A stretch of DNA of 23,977 nt from an uncultured Thermoplasmatales archaeon (GCA_964514975.1 CAZESS010000026.1:1-23977); one strand, 5' to 3'. Positions 1-8,514 are shown, numbered from the stretch's first letter. Notes: generated by a model not told the origin, from the sequence alone. Translations and numbers: made by a program.

Positions 1-89
1 TCACAATCACAAACTGAACTAAGAACACTATTTTTACCCTACTGTCAAAGTTGGGTTATACACGATGTCACATGGTCACCCTCGAACCA

Positions 90-3068
90 TCACTGCCCCG
101 CATCGTCAGACGCCGGGGCGGCATCCTCCGTTGCCCGCCCGGAGACGAGCTCACGCCCGCAGTCAGGACATGTTCCGACGCGCGTGGCGCAGCTCCGATG
201 GAACAGGGCGCCACAGGCACAGCGCACCGATGCGGCGTCGGCCTTCAGCTTCCCCCGGCAGACGAGGCACCGCTGCACCTCCCGTCCATCCTCCACTCTG
301 ACCTGTCGATGAACCCTGGCTGTTTTCCTGCGCCACAGGTACACCCCGCCCACGATGACGGCCGCCACCGCTGCCGCTATCAGCGCGATGGGAAGCCAGC
401 AGATGGGCACGTCGACATGCATGGTGTTGTTCGTCTCGTTGCGCTCGGGGAACTCGTCATCCGGGTCGACATCCGCCCTGACAGTATGGGAGCGCAGCGG
501 CGACAGGTTGACGGTGAACGACAGGGTGGCTGTGCCGTTGGCTGTCAGTCTGCCGATGGTTTGGCTGTCAATGGTTTTTCCGTCGACGGACAGCGTGCAC
601 GACACGTTTTCCGCCGTTTGGGTTCCGGTGTTCGCGATGGACACCCGGGCGCTGTCGCTGCCGAGCAGCGATGTGTCGATGTCGATGTCAAACACGCTGA
701 ACTCGTATTCGGGCTGCGGCGGGGTGTCTGGCTGCACCGTGACGGTATGGGAGACGGTGCCAGTGGCGCCGTAGCTGTCCGTTACCCCCAGCGTGACGGT
801 GTATCCGCCCGCCATGCTGTAGCTGTGGGACGCGTTTCGCTGGTAGCTCTGGGTGCCGTCGCCGAAATTCCATGTCCAGTTGACGACGCTGCCCGTGTCA
901 TCGGTGGAACGGTCGGTGAAATTGACGACGCTGCCGGCGGTGACGGTGTCCGGCACGTCGAACGCGGCTGCCGGCGGCGTGTTGACGACCAGGGTTTGCT
1001 CCGCGGTGTCGGTCAGCCCGTCGCTGTCCGTCACGGTCAGCGTGACAGTGTAGCTGCCCCCCTCGCTGTACTGATGCTGCACCTGTTCGCCGCTGCCGCC
1101 GTCGCCGTCGCCGTAGCTCCACTGCCATGCCGTGATGTCGCCGTCGGGGTCGCTGCTCTGGTCGGTAAATGCCACTGTGCGCTCGTCGATGCTGTAGATG
1201 AAGGCGGCGCTTGGCGGCTCGGGCTCCGGCGGCGATGGCTTCCGCTCCGTGGTGAAGCTCCATGTGTCCGATGTGTTGGTGCCGCTGCCGTCGTCGGCGA
1301 CCGCGTACCAGCTATAGGTGGTGTTGTAGTTCAGCCCGTTCCATGTCACGCTGGCGGTGCCGCCGCTGGCGACGCCGGTGACGGTGTCTATGCTGTCGTT
1401 GTTGCTTGCATCGTGAAAGGTGACGTTCAATGTGTCGCCGTCGGGGTCGGACACGGTGACGCTCAACGGTGGAGTGATGCCTGCGCCGCTGCTGCCGTCA
1501 TCCGGTGAGGGGCTGAAGGGCGGTGCCGGCGGTGCGTTGACCGTCAGCAGCGCCGTCTCCGTATCCGTGGCGCCGTGGCTGTCTGTTACCTCCAGCGTTA
1601 TGTTGTAGTCACCGCCGGCGGTGTAGCGATGCTGCACCTGTCCGCCGTGGAGCATGGTTCCGTCATCTATCTGCCAGGTCCAGTTGACGATGCTGCCGTC
1701 GGGGTCGCTGCTGGTGCTGTTGAAATAGACGGTGGTGTGCGTGGAGGGCGTTGCGGGTTCAATTGTGAACGACGCATGGGGTGGCCGATTGCTCACTATG
1801 ACGGTGTCGCTTGCGTTGCCGGTTGCGCCGCTGTCGTCTCTCACCTCAAGGGTGATGGTGTAGCTGCCCGCCATGCTGTAGCTGTGGGACGCGTTTCGCT
1901 GGTAGCTCTGGATGCCGTCGCCGAAATTCCATGTCCAGTTGACGATGCTGCCGTCGGGGTCGCTGCTCGTGTCCGTGAACTGTATCGTTTCCATGGTGGC
2001 AGGCTCGGACGGGCTGATGGTAAAACCGGCGCTGGGCGCCACATTGTCGACGATTTCAAACGTCCGCGTGCCTGCTGTGCCGGTGTTACCGGCGAGGTCG
2101 ACGGCGCGGTACAGCAGGGTGTGATTGCCCTGCCCGGTCACGGGAAACATTCCACCATAGGCCGTCCAGGCGCCGCCGTCGAGGCGGTATTCGCTGTAGT
2201 TGACACCCGATGGCGCATCCTGCGCGGTTACCTCAACCGTGACGTTGTCCCGGTACACGTCGCTCGCTGTCTCCATACCGGTGAGCGTTATGTTCGCGAA
2301 AGGCGCCGTGCCATCCACCTGGACGGGGAAGGCCGTACTGTTGACGTTGCCGCCGCTGTCGGTTGCCCGCAGCGCTGCGGTGTGGTTTCCGCTCGTGGAG
2401 ATGGAAAACGAGGTGGTGCTGCCCGCGGTGGTGTGCCAGCTGCCCCCGTCGACACGGTAGCTGACGTTCGCTACGCCATATGTATCGCTGGCGTTGACCG
2501 ACACGTTGACCGGGCTTACATACCAGCCGTTGTCGCCGTCGGGGATGGCGGGGGAGAGCGTGTATGCAAGCGACGGTGGCGTGCTGTCGTTTTCGATGAC
2601 CACGGTGTCGTTGACGGTGATGGCGGGCAGCAGGCCGCCGCCCCCGGGGTCGGTCAGGTTGACGTTGACGAGCCGGATCCATCCCAGGCCCGGGGCGGTT
2701 GCGTTGAAGGTCACGGTGGCGAAGACGCCCGTGTCCGTCGTCGTGTTGCCGTCAAGGTTGAGCCCCACCATATTGCGGATGCTTCCGTTGCCGTTATCGA
2801 CATCGACGCTGCTGTTCAGCCAGATGTCGAACAGGCCGCCGCCGTCGACCCGCCATGCCTCAAGCACCGACGCGTTGAACATGATGCCGCACTGCATCCC
2901 GCCCAGCGCTTCCCCCGGTGCAACGGTTACGTTGACCGTGACGGTGTCGCCGGGACGTGCATGGCCGGGCGTCTCAACCGCGACAATGCTTTCCGGTGCT
3001 GCGGTTGCCTGGTGCCACGTGCAGACCAGGAAGATAATGATGATGACCGCGAGAGCTTTCCGTCGCAT
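90..3068 (-). CDS. Large cell-surface protein: signal peptide, cohesin-like domain, two Ig-like (OmpL47-type) repeats, four PKD domains plus one FnIII-like domain, CARDB, TM helix, cytoplasmic C4HC3 zinc finger
   Basis: ORF 90..3158. Start moved to ATG 3068, where MRRKALAVIIIIFLVCTW...A reads as a signal peptide. Cohesin-like motifs (GDTVTVNV..MQCGIMFNASVL..GVFATVTFNA), repeated SSDPDGSIVNWTWNFGDG PKD motifs, CARDB end (DPDDEFPERNETNN), TM WLPIALIAAAVAAVIVGGVYLW followed by RRK, then CLVC..CAC..H..C..CPDC. Confidence 0.9.
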   Translation of the reverse strand: MRRKALAVIIIIFLVCTWHQATAAPESIVAVETPGHARPGDTVTVNVTVAPGEALGGMQCGIMFNASVLEAWRVDGGGLFDIWLNSSVDVDNGNGSIRNMVGLNLDGNTTTDTGVFATVTFNATAPGLGWIRLVNVNLTDPGGGGLLPAITVNDTVVIENDSTPPSLAYTLSPAIPDGDNGWYVSPVNVSVNASDTYGVANVSYRVDGGSWHTTAGSTTSFSISTSGNHTAALRATDSGGNVNSTAFPVQVDGTAPFANITLTGMETASDVYRDNVTVEVTAQDAPSGVNYSEYRLDGGAWTAYGGMFPVTGQGNHTLLYRAVDLAGNTGTAGTRTFEIVDNVAPSAGFTISPSEPATMETIQFTDTSSDPDGSIVNWTWNFGDGIQSYQRNASHSYSMAGSYTITLEVRDDSGATGNASDTVIVSNRPPHASFTIEPATPSTHTTVYFNSTSSDPDGSIVNWTWQIDDGTMLHGGQVQHRYTAGGDYNITLEVTDSHGATDTETALLTVNAPPAPPFSPSPDDGSSGAGITPPLSVTVSDPDGDTLNVTFHDASNNDSIDTVTGVASGGTASVTWNGLNYNTTYSWYAVADDGSGTNTSDTWSFTTERKPSPPEPEPPSAAFIYSIDERTVAFTDQSSDPDGDITAWQWSYGDGDGGSGEQVQHQYSEGGSYTVTLTVTDSDGLTDTAEQTLVVNTPPAAAFDVPDTVTAGSVVNFTDRSTDDTGSVVNWTWNFGDGTQSYQRNASHSYSMAGGYTVTLGVTDSYGATGTVSHTVTVQPDTPPQPEYEFSVFDIDIDTSLLGSDSARVSIANTGTQTAENVSCTLSVDGKTIDSQTIGRLTANGTATLSFTVNLSPLRSHTVRADVDPDDEFPERNETNNTMHVDVPICWLPIALIAAAVAAVIVGGVYLWRRKTARVHRQVRVEDGREVQRCLVCRGKLKADAASVRCACGALFHRSCATRVGTCPDCGRELVSGRATEDAAPASDDAGQ
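807..893. repeat. Intragenic direct repeat, copy 1 (PKD core); partner at 1866-1952
   Basis: 85/87 nt identical to 1866-1952 by manual alignment. Confidence 0.9.
1866..1967. repeat. Intragenic direct repeat, copy 2; 1933-1967 also exactly matches 1678-1712
   Basis: Manual alignment: an 87-nt match to 807-893 with 2 mismatches, and a 35-nt exact match to 1678-1712. Confidence 0.9.
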
Positions 3069-3174
3069 GATATCCGTCAGGCCGTCCTGCTCCACGCGAT
3101 GGCGCCGGGCAACGAAAAGCATATCCGGGAGGCGGGGATGGAAGCAGGCATACGGCAACTAATACATCTGTCTC

Positions 3175-3190
3175 ATTTAAAATTAACTTT
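3175..3190 (-). promoter_or_regulatory. Putative BRE/TATA promoter of the surface-protein gene
   Basis: Minus strand reads AAAGTTAATTTTAAAT, an AT-rich island in GC-rich DNA upstream of the ORF. Confidence 0.5.
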
Positions 3191-3266
3191 GCGCTGCGAC
3201 GTCGCCGCCTTCATGCTGGTCATGCAGTGCGGTCACGGCTTCTCCCTCGCGTGGTCGCGCGATGAC

Positions 3267-3279
3267 GAAAGATATAAAT
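3267..3279 (+). promoter_or_regulatory. Putative BRE/TATA promoter
   Basis: GAAAGATATAAAT lies 28 nt upstream of ATG 3308. Confidence 0.65.
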
Positions 3280-3307
3280 GAAACAGACAATTTACTACCG
3301 TTGTAAC

Positions 3308-4540
3308 ATGAAAGCATGGGTTCAAGCACGGGCGTTTTTCGTGGTCATCCTTCTCCTGGCTGTAACCGGTGTATTGCAGGTGCAGGGAAACGACGGATTG
3401 CCGGGTCAGCCTGGCGCGCAGCCGGTTGCCATGTTCACCTACGCCCTCGAGGGGGCAACCGTGTCCTTCAACGCCTCGGGCTCCGTGGCCGGTGATGCGC
3501 CCATCGTCAACTACACGTGGAGCTTCGGCGACGGCGCCGCAGGGTACGGCATGACCACCTTGCATACCTACGGGCAGGAGGGCACCTACTGTGTTACCCT
3601 GACGGTTACCGATGACGACGGCAGAAGCAACGATTCCACGGCATCCATCATGGTTGACCTTGCCGCGCCCGCTACTACCCTCACGTCGGCGCCGGCCCGT
3701 CCGAACGGACAGCATGGCTGGTGGGTGACCGCTGTGACCATCACGCTAGCCGCCAGGGACGACATGTCGGGCGTCAACGCGACCTATTACACGATAAACT
3801 ACGCGACGCAGCAGGAATACACCGGGCCGTTTTCCCTGACCGGGAGCGGCACGTACAACGTCAGCTATTATTCCATTGACAATGCGGGGAATCGTGAATC
3901 ACGGCATTCCCGCACTTTTCGCATCGACCGCCATGCCCCGACATCCTCATACATGATTGACGGGGCGGCGCCAACCGAAACCGGCTGGTATACCTCCGGT
4001 GTGGACCTGTCGCTGTCAGCCTCAGACGGCCGCGAGGGTTCCGGCGTCGACGCGACCCTGTACCGTATCATCGGCAAAAACAGGTCGTTTCAGCAGTATG
4101 GAGAGCCGCTGAACCTGACCGCCGAGGACACGCATGTCGTCCAGTATTACAGCAGAGACGTGGCCGGCAACGCCGAGCGCCTCAGAAACGTCACCGTCCC
4201 CATAGACAGAACGAAGCCCGCTGTTTCCATTGATGTTCCCCGCACCTCATATCTCTACATAAACGGACGGGAAATGCTGCCCCTCGCCATGGTCAACAAG
4301 GCCGCCGTTGTCATCGGCTCGCTCACCGTGCAGGCCACCGCCTATGACGCGACAGCAGGGGTCCGCAACGTCAGCTTCTCCGTCGACGGAGAGATCCAGA
4401 GCATTGACAACCGGACGCCGTACACCTGGGAATGGAACGAAAACACGGCCGGCGCCGCAACGGTCAGGGTGACGGCGGAGGATGCCGCGGGGCATACCGC
4501 CAGTGCCGAGGTATCGGTGGTAGCCTTCATCCGCCGGTAG
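3308..4540 (+). CDS. Secreted protein with a PKD domain, two Ig-like (OmpL47-type) repeats and a C-terminal Ig-like domain
   Basis: Signal peptide MKAWVQARAFFVVILLLAVTG, PKD motif (IVNYTWSFGDG..HTY..VTLTVTDDDG), YYS.D.AGN.E repeats, C-terminal PYTWEW domain. ATG 3308 is preferred because ATG 3278 overlaps the TATA box. Confidence 0.85.
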   Translation: MKAWVQARAFFVVILLLAVTGVLQVQGNDGLPGQPGAQPVAMFTYALEGATVSFNASGSVAGDAPIVNYTWSFGDGAAGYGMTTLHTYGQEGTYCVTLTVTDDDGRSNDSTASIMVDLAAPATTLTSAPARPNGQHGWWVTAVTITLAARDDMSGVNATYYTINYATQQEYTGPFSLTGSGTYNVSYYSIDNAGNRESRHSRTFRIDRHAPTSSYMIDGAAPTETGWYTSGVDLSLSASDGREGSGVDATLYRIIGKNRSFQQYGEPLNLTAEDTHVVQYYSRDVAGNAERLRNVTVPIDRTKPAVSIDVPRTSYLYINGREMLPLAMVNKAAVVIGSLTVQATAYDATAGVRNVSFSVDGEIQSIDNRTPYTWEWNENTAGAATVRVTAEDAAGHTASAEVSVVAFIRR

Positions 4541-4559
4541 CACGGGCAGCGGGTACACA

Positions 4560-5543
4560 ATGCATTGTCTTGGATTGGAAGGAACGGCCCACACTGTTGG
4601 CGCGGGCGTCATCCGCGACGAGCCACCGTTCGTGCTGTCCAACGTGACGCGGATGTACCGGCCGACGGAGGGCGGCATCCATCCGCGTGATGCCGCGAAT
4701 CATCATGCCGCCGAGCTCGTACCCGTCGTCAGGGATGCGCTCGACGATGCCGATGTTACCCCCGGCGACATCGACCTGGTCGGGTTTTCGATGGGGCCCG
4801 GACTGGGTCCCTGTCTGCGGACGGTTGCGACGGCGGCCCGGTCGCTGGCGCTGCATCTCGACGTGCCATTGCTGGGTGTCAACCACTGCATCGCGCATCT
4901 TGAGATTGGCCGGGCGTTGACGGATGCACATGACCCTGTTTTGCTGTACGTGTCGGGCGGGAACACCCAGGTTATCGCGTTTTTGAACGGCCGCTACCGC
5001 GTCTTCGGTGAAACCCTGGACATCGGCATCGGCAACTGCCTGGACAAGTTCGGCCGCCATTTGGACATGGGGTTCCCCGCCGGTCCCCGGGTAGAGGAGC
5101 TGGCGCGCCAGGGCTCCCGGTATCTGGAGCTCCCCTACTCGGTGAAGGGCATGGACGTCTCGTTTTCGGGCATCCTGACAGCGGCGCTCACCCTGGCCGA
5201 CAACGCGGCGCTGCCGGATGTCTGTTATTCGCTGCAGGAGACCAGCTTCGCGATGCTGACAGAGGTGACCGAGCGGGCGATGGCGCACACCGCCAAGGAC
5301 GAGGTGCTCCTGGGCGGCGGCGTCGCCTCGAACCACCGGCTGCAGGACATGGTTACCACGATGGCGCAGGCGCGCGGCGCCCGGTGTTTTGTGCCGCCGG
5401 GCGACCTGCTGGTGGACAACGGAGCCATGATAGCGTGGACGGCGCTGCTGATGCACCGGTCTGGCGTTTCCATGGATGTCGCGTCGACTGAGGTCAGACA
5501 GCGGTTTCGTACCGACGAGGTGGACGTGGTATGGCGCGACTGA
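4560..5543 (+). CDS. kae1: tRNA N6-adenosine threonylcarbamoyltransferase Kae1 (KEOPS)
   Basis: GLEGTAHT, GGIHPRDAA.HH, GPGLGPCL, VNHCIAHLEIG, YVSGGNTQV, GETLDIGIGN, DNGAMIA, RFRTDEV. Confidence 0.97.
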   Translation: MHCLGLEGTAHTVGAGVIRDEPPFVLSNVTRMYRPTEGGIHPRDAANHHAAELVPVVRDALDDADVTPGDIDLVGFSMGPGLGPCLRTVATAARSLALHLDVPLLGVNHCIAHLEIGRALTDAHDPVLLYVSGGNTQVIAFLNGRYRVFGETLDIGIGNCLDKFGRHLDMGFPAGPRVEELARQGSRYLELPYSVKGMDVSFSGILTAALTLADNAALPDVCYSLQETSFAMLTEVTERAMAHTAKDEVLLGGGVASNHRLQDMVTTMAQARGARCFVPPGDLLVDNGAMIAWTALLMHRSGVSMDVASTEVRQRFRTDEVDVVWRD

Positions 5544-6154
5544 TACAGCGCGGCGCCGAGGCCGAGATATGCCGCGACAGGTGGCATGGCCGGCAGGTCG
5601 TGGTCAAGCGCCGGGTACCCAAGCGATACCGCATCCCCGAGATAGATGCGGCGCTGCGCAGCCTGCGGACCCGGAAGGAGGCAGCGCTCCTGCACGAGGC
5701 ACGCTGCAGCGGCGTCGCCACCCCGGTTGTCTACGATGTCGACCTGCATGACATGGCGATCACCATGCAGTTTTTGGACGGACGGCGCGTCAAGGACGTC
5801 ATTGATGGGCTAGGCGGCGAGGAGCAGCGCTCGCTGTGCCGGTCGATTGGCAGCGCCGCCGGCCGTCTCCACCGGGGCGGCATCGTGCACGGCGACCTGA
5901 CCACCTCGAATATCATCGTGCACGGCGAGTGTATTTATTTCATCGACTTTGGATTGGGCGAGAAAAGCGACGGCGTGGAGCAGCGGGCCGTCGACATGCA
6001 CCTGCTCATGGAGGCGCTGACCGCGGCACACGAAAACCCCCGGCTGTATGGATGGGTGATGGAGGGCTACACCTCGATGTCCCCGGACGCGGAGGCGGTG
6101 CGGCGGACGGTGGACGACATCGCTGCCCGCGGCCGATATGTGGTGAAACCATGA
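5531..6154 (+). CDS. bud32: KEOPS kinase/ATPase Bud32
   Basis: GAEAEI, K.RVPK.YR..EID..LR..RT..EA, HGDLTTSN, IDFGL, RGRY C-terminus. Overlaps kae1 by 13 nt. Confidence 0.96.
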   Translation: MARLIQRGAEAEICRDRWHGRQVVVKRRVPKRYRIPEIDAALRSLRTRKEAALLHEARCSGVATPVVYDVDLHDMAITMQFLDGRRVKDVIDGLGGEEQRSLCRSIGSAAGRLHRGGIVHGDLTTSNIIVHGECIYFIDFGLGEKSDGVEQRAVDMHLLMEALTAAHENPRLYGWVMEGYTSMSPDAEAVRRTVDDIAARGRYVVKP

Positions 6155-6693
6155 AACTGCGGTTTGTGACGGGCAACGAGGGAAAGCAGCGGGAGGTCAG
6201 CGCCATGCTGCCCTGTGAGGTGGTGCAACATGACGTCGGCTACCCGGAGATACAGGCTGACACGCTGCAGGAGGTGGCGCGCTTCGGGCTGGACTGGCTC
6301 CGCCCCCGTATCGATGGCCCGTTCATGCTGGAGGACGCCGGCCTGTTCATCGATGGCCTTGACGGCTTTCCCGGCGTGTATTCCTCCTATGTCTACAAAA
6401 CCATCGGCATCCATGGCATCCTGCAGTTGCTTGAAAACGCCGGGGGCAGGAAGGCGGTGTTCCGCTCGGTCATCGGCGTGTATGACGGCGAGCAGCATTT
6501 TTTCACCGGGGAATGCCATGGCTCCATTGCCAGGGAGGTGTGGGGCGAGCACGGCTTCGGCTACGACCCAATTTTCGTGCCGGAGGGCAGCGAGATGACG
6601 TTCGCCGAGATGCAGCCGACGGAGAAAAACAGGTATTCGCACCGCGGGAGCGCGGTCGAAAAGCTCTCCGCGTATCTAGCGATGCTCCCGTAG
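6151..6693 (+). CDS. rdgB: Non-canonical purine NTP pyrophosphatase (XTP/dITP diphosphatase, HAM1/RdgB family)
   Basis: True start is ATG 6151 (ATGA overlap with the bud32 stop). Motifs FVTGNEGK, PEIQ, EDAGLFI..L.GFPGVYS, GFGYDPIF, EKNRYSHRG. Confidence 0.96.
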   Translation: MKLRFVTGNEGKQREVSAMLPCEVVQHDVGYPEIQADTLQEVARFGLDWLRPRIDGPFMLEDAGLFIDGLDGFPGVYSSYVYKTIGIHGILQLLENAGGRKAVFRSVIGVYDGEQHFFTGECHGSIAREVWGEHGFGYDPIFVPEGSEMTFAEMQPTEKNRYSHRGSAVEKLSAYLAMLP

Positions 6694-7344
6694 CAGCGTC
6701 TCGATGCGGTCCAGGCGCTCCAGCAGTTCCTGCCGCGCCAGAATCTGGCCGGCGCAGCGCTTCAGGTCGCTGAACGACAGCGACCGTTTCGGCAGCACGC
6801 TCCTGTCGGACAGCCGCGTCAGCTCCCGTCCGAGTTCGTCGTCGTTCATGTCAAGCTTCTTTGCTGCAGCAGCGAAGTCTCCGGTAGTGGCCAGCGCATG
6901 CAGCACCTTTCTGTCACGTTCGTCGAGCGACACGTTGTAGGGCAGGAAGCCATACTGCTCCATGGTCTCCTCCATGCACGTTTTGATGATGGACTCCAGC
7001 TCCTCGGGCTCGAGCAGCAGGTGATATTCGCTGAACGCAATGATTGATACATCGAGCTGCGCCGCTGACTCCCGGACGGCGTCATCGGCTTTTTTGCAGA
7101 TGAGCATCGGCTGCATGCCAGCGAGCTGCGCGTTGGCGTAGGCCTGGCGCACCGAGCTGAGATTTGCTCTGCCCGCTTTGACCTCAACCGCATAGCGCAC
7201 GCCGTCTTTTTCCGCCAGGATATCTATCTCGGCGATGGTTTCGCCCTTCGAGTGCAGCTCATGGTTGGCCTCGATGATGGCGTAGCCCATGCTGTCCAGC
7301 ATGCGTCGGGCAATCCGCTCGGCTGATAGACCACGTTTGCCGAT
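6676..7344 (-). CDS. PD-(D/E)XK restriction-endonuclease-like protein (YraN/Mrr/Holliday-junction-resolvase-like) with a C-terminal HTH-like region
   Basis: AEIDILAEK...AVEVKAG catalytic motif and RQAY helix; C-terminal FAAAAKKLDM..ELGRELTRL. The first ATG is at 7302, but motif I (RG..AE.IA) extends to about 7344, so the start is uncertain. Confidence 0.8.
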   Translation of the reverse strand: MGKRGLSAERIARRMLDSMGYAIIEANHELHSKGETIAEIDILAEKDGVRYAVEVKAGRANLSSVRQAYANAQLAGMQPMLICKKADDAVRESAAQLDVSIIAFSEYHLLLEPEELESIIKTCMEETMEQYGFLPYNVSLDERDRKVLHALATTGDFAAAAKKLDMNDDELGRELTRLSDRSVLPKRSLSFSDLKRCAGQILARQELLERLDRIETLLREHR

Positions 7345-7370
7345 GCTACCATCCCCGGAAACGTCGTGGT

Positions 7371-8480
7371 TCAGACGTCCTCGAAGCGACCCCGCACCCG
7401 TTCCATGACCTTCGGCAGCGTCGTGTATTCCATGTCCGCGAGCGGGAGACGATGCGGCTCGAACGGGCCATGGCGGCGCATGTAGTCGGTGACCTCCTGC
7501 GCCTGCCGCCGGCTTGCATCGAAGGCCGGGTCGTCGAACAGGTCGGCGGGCCCGGTCAGCCTGCCCTTTTTGACCTGGAAGCCCAGAGCGACCACGCGTG
7601 GTGGGCCGTCAAACCGCGTGCAGGTCGCCTCCTGTTCGCTGACGGGCATCAGCGGGCCGTTGTGGGAGCCGCGCATCCATCCGGACACGAGATGCGGAAA
7701 CGAAAAACCCTCCAGCACCTCGCCGAGCGCGGGCAGACCGGACTGCGCCCTGACAGCCGCGACGGGGTCATCCTTGCCCACGTATTCACCGGCGATGTGA
7801 TACAGCTTCTCCGTAGACACCACCGCGACGGGCTCATCGGCGGGGAGCTTGCCGCCCTCCTTGGGGAATACGCGCTTGATGACGAACCGGGACTTGGCGC
7901 CGAGGAGGGCCAGGGCGTCGTACATCTCCTCCGGCATGTCCATGAAAATACGGGTGTGCTCCTTGATGTCCCATATCTCGAGGCGGAAGCCCGCGTGCAG
8001 CGAGGGATCGATGACCAGCCCTGCCGTCGAAAACGGGTCGGCGAACATCCTGAAAACCGGGAGGTTGAACGCGCCGGGCTCCGTCTTGTCCATCAGAAAC
8101 GCGACGAGGGGTTCCGACTTCCGCTCGGTGAACGCCATCTCGGCGATGCCCGGGCCCATTCCCCGGACGTTGCCGGAAAACGCGTCCTTGAGCAGGTCCT
8201 GCCCCGCGCCATAGAGACCAAGCTCCCGGGCCGTCTCGGTGGCATCCTTGAACGTGTCCCATGCCAGGGAGTGAATCTCCTCGTCGTCCTCGCCCCGGGT
8301 ATGCGTCATCAGGAGCTCCAGGTCGTCGCCGCAATGCGCCACACGGAAATCGGTGAGCAGCCCGTCCTCCATCGCCCCGGAGAGGTGCTTCTCGGCTGTC
8401 TCGATGAGCCGGGGGTGCACCTTTGAATGACCGGGAAAGCCGCCCACATCTGCCTTTATAATGCTAAAGGTCGTTGTCAT
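7371..8480 (-). CDS. fbp: Bifunctional fructose-1,6-bisphosphate aldolase/phosphatase (FBPase class V)
   Basis: SIIKADVGG.PGH, GDDLEL.MTH, LYGAGQDLLKDAFSGNVRGMGPG, DKTEPGAFN, YVGKDDP, GWMRGSH.GPLMP, MRRHGPFEPHRL..MEYTTLP. Confidence 0.97.
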   Translation of the reverse strand: MTTTFSIIKADVGGFPGHSKVHPRLIETAEKHLSGAMEDGLLTDFRVAHCGDDLELLMTHTRGEDDEEIHSLAWDTFKDATETARELGLYGAGQDLLKDAFSGNVRGMGPGIAEMAFTERKSEPLVAFLMDKTEPGAFNLPVFRMFADPFSTAGLVIDPSLHAGFRLEIWDIKEHTRIFMDMPEEMYDALALLGAKSRFVIKRVFPKEGGKLPADEPVAVVSTEKLYHIAGEYVGKDDPVAAVRAQSGLPALGEVLEGFSFPHLVSGWMRGSHNGPLMPVSEQEATCTRFDGPPRVVALGFQVKKGRLTGPADLFDDPAFDASRRQAQEVTDYMRRHGPFEPHRLPLADMEYTTLPKVMERVRGRFEDV

Positions 8481-8500
8481 GGGGGTGTAATGCGGGAGCG

Positions 8501-8514
8501 CTACAAAAAACTTT
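8501..8514 (-). promoter_or_regulatory. BRE/TATA promoter of fbp; leaderless transcript likely
   Basis: Minus strand AAAGTTTTTTGTAG ends 20 nt before ATG 8480, and there is no SD. Confidence 0.65.

Noticed and set aside
3069-3158. 30-aa N-terminal extension from ATG 3158
   Set aside because: A typical signal peptide begins at 3068, so this is more likely a 5' leader. It is not fully excluded, because 3158 lies near the predicted promoter.
51-3281. Long plus-strand ORFs 51..1508 and 1575..3281
   Set aside because: They are antisense shadows of the GC-rich surface-protein gene and contain no recognisable motifs.
5520-5545. Possible frameshifted Kae1-Bud32 fusion
   Set aside because: Kae1 ends at its usual DEV.V.WR terminus and Bud32 has its own ATG. 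Split and fused forms are both common in archaea, and there is no slippery site.
5836-6150. N-terminal 105 aa of ORF 5836..6693
   Set aside because: It overlaps bud32 out of frame; HAM1 homology starts at ATG 6151.
4538-6693. TAG stops as pyrrolysine read-through
   Set aside because: Both proteins are complete at the TAG and no pyl genes are in view.
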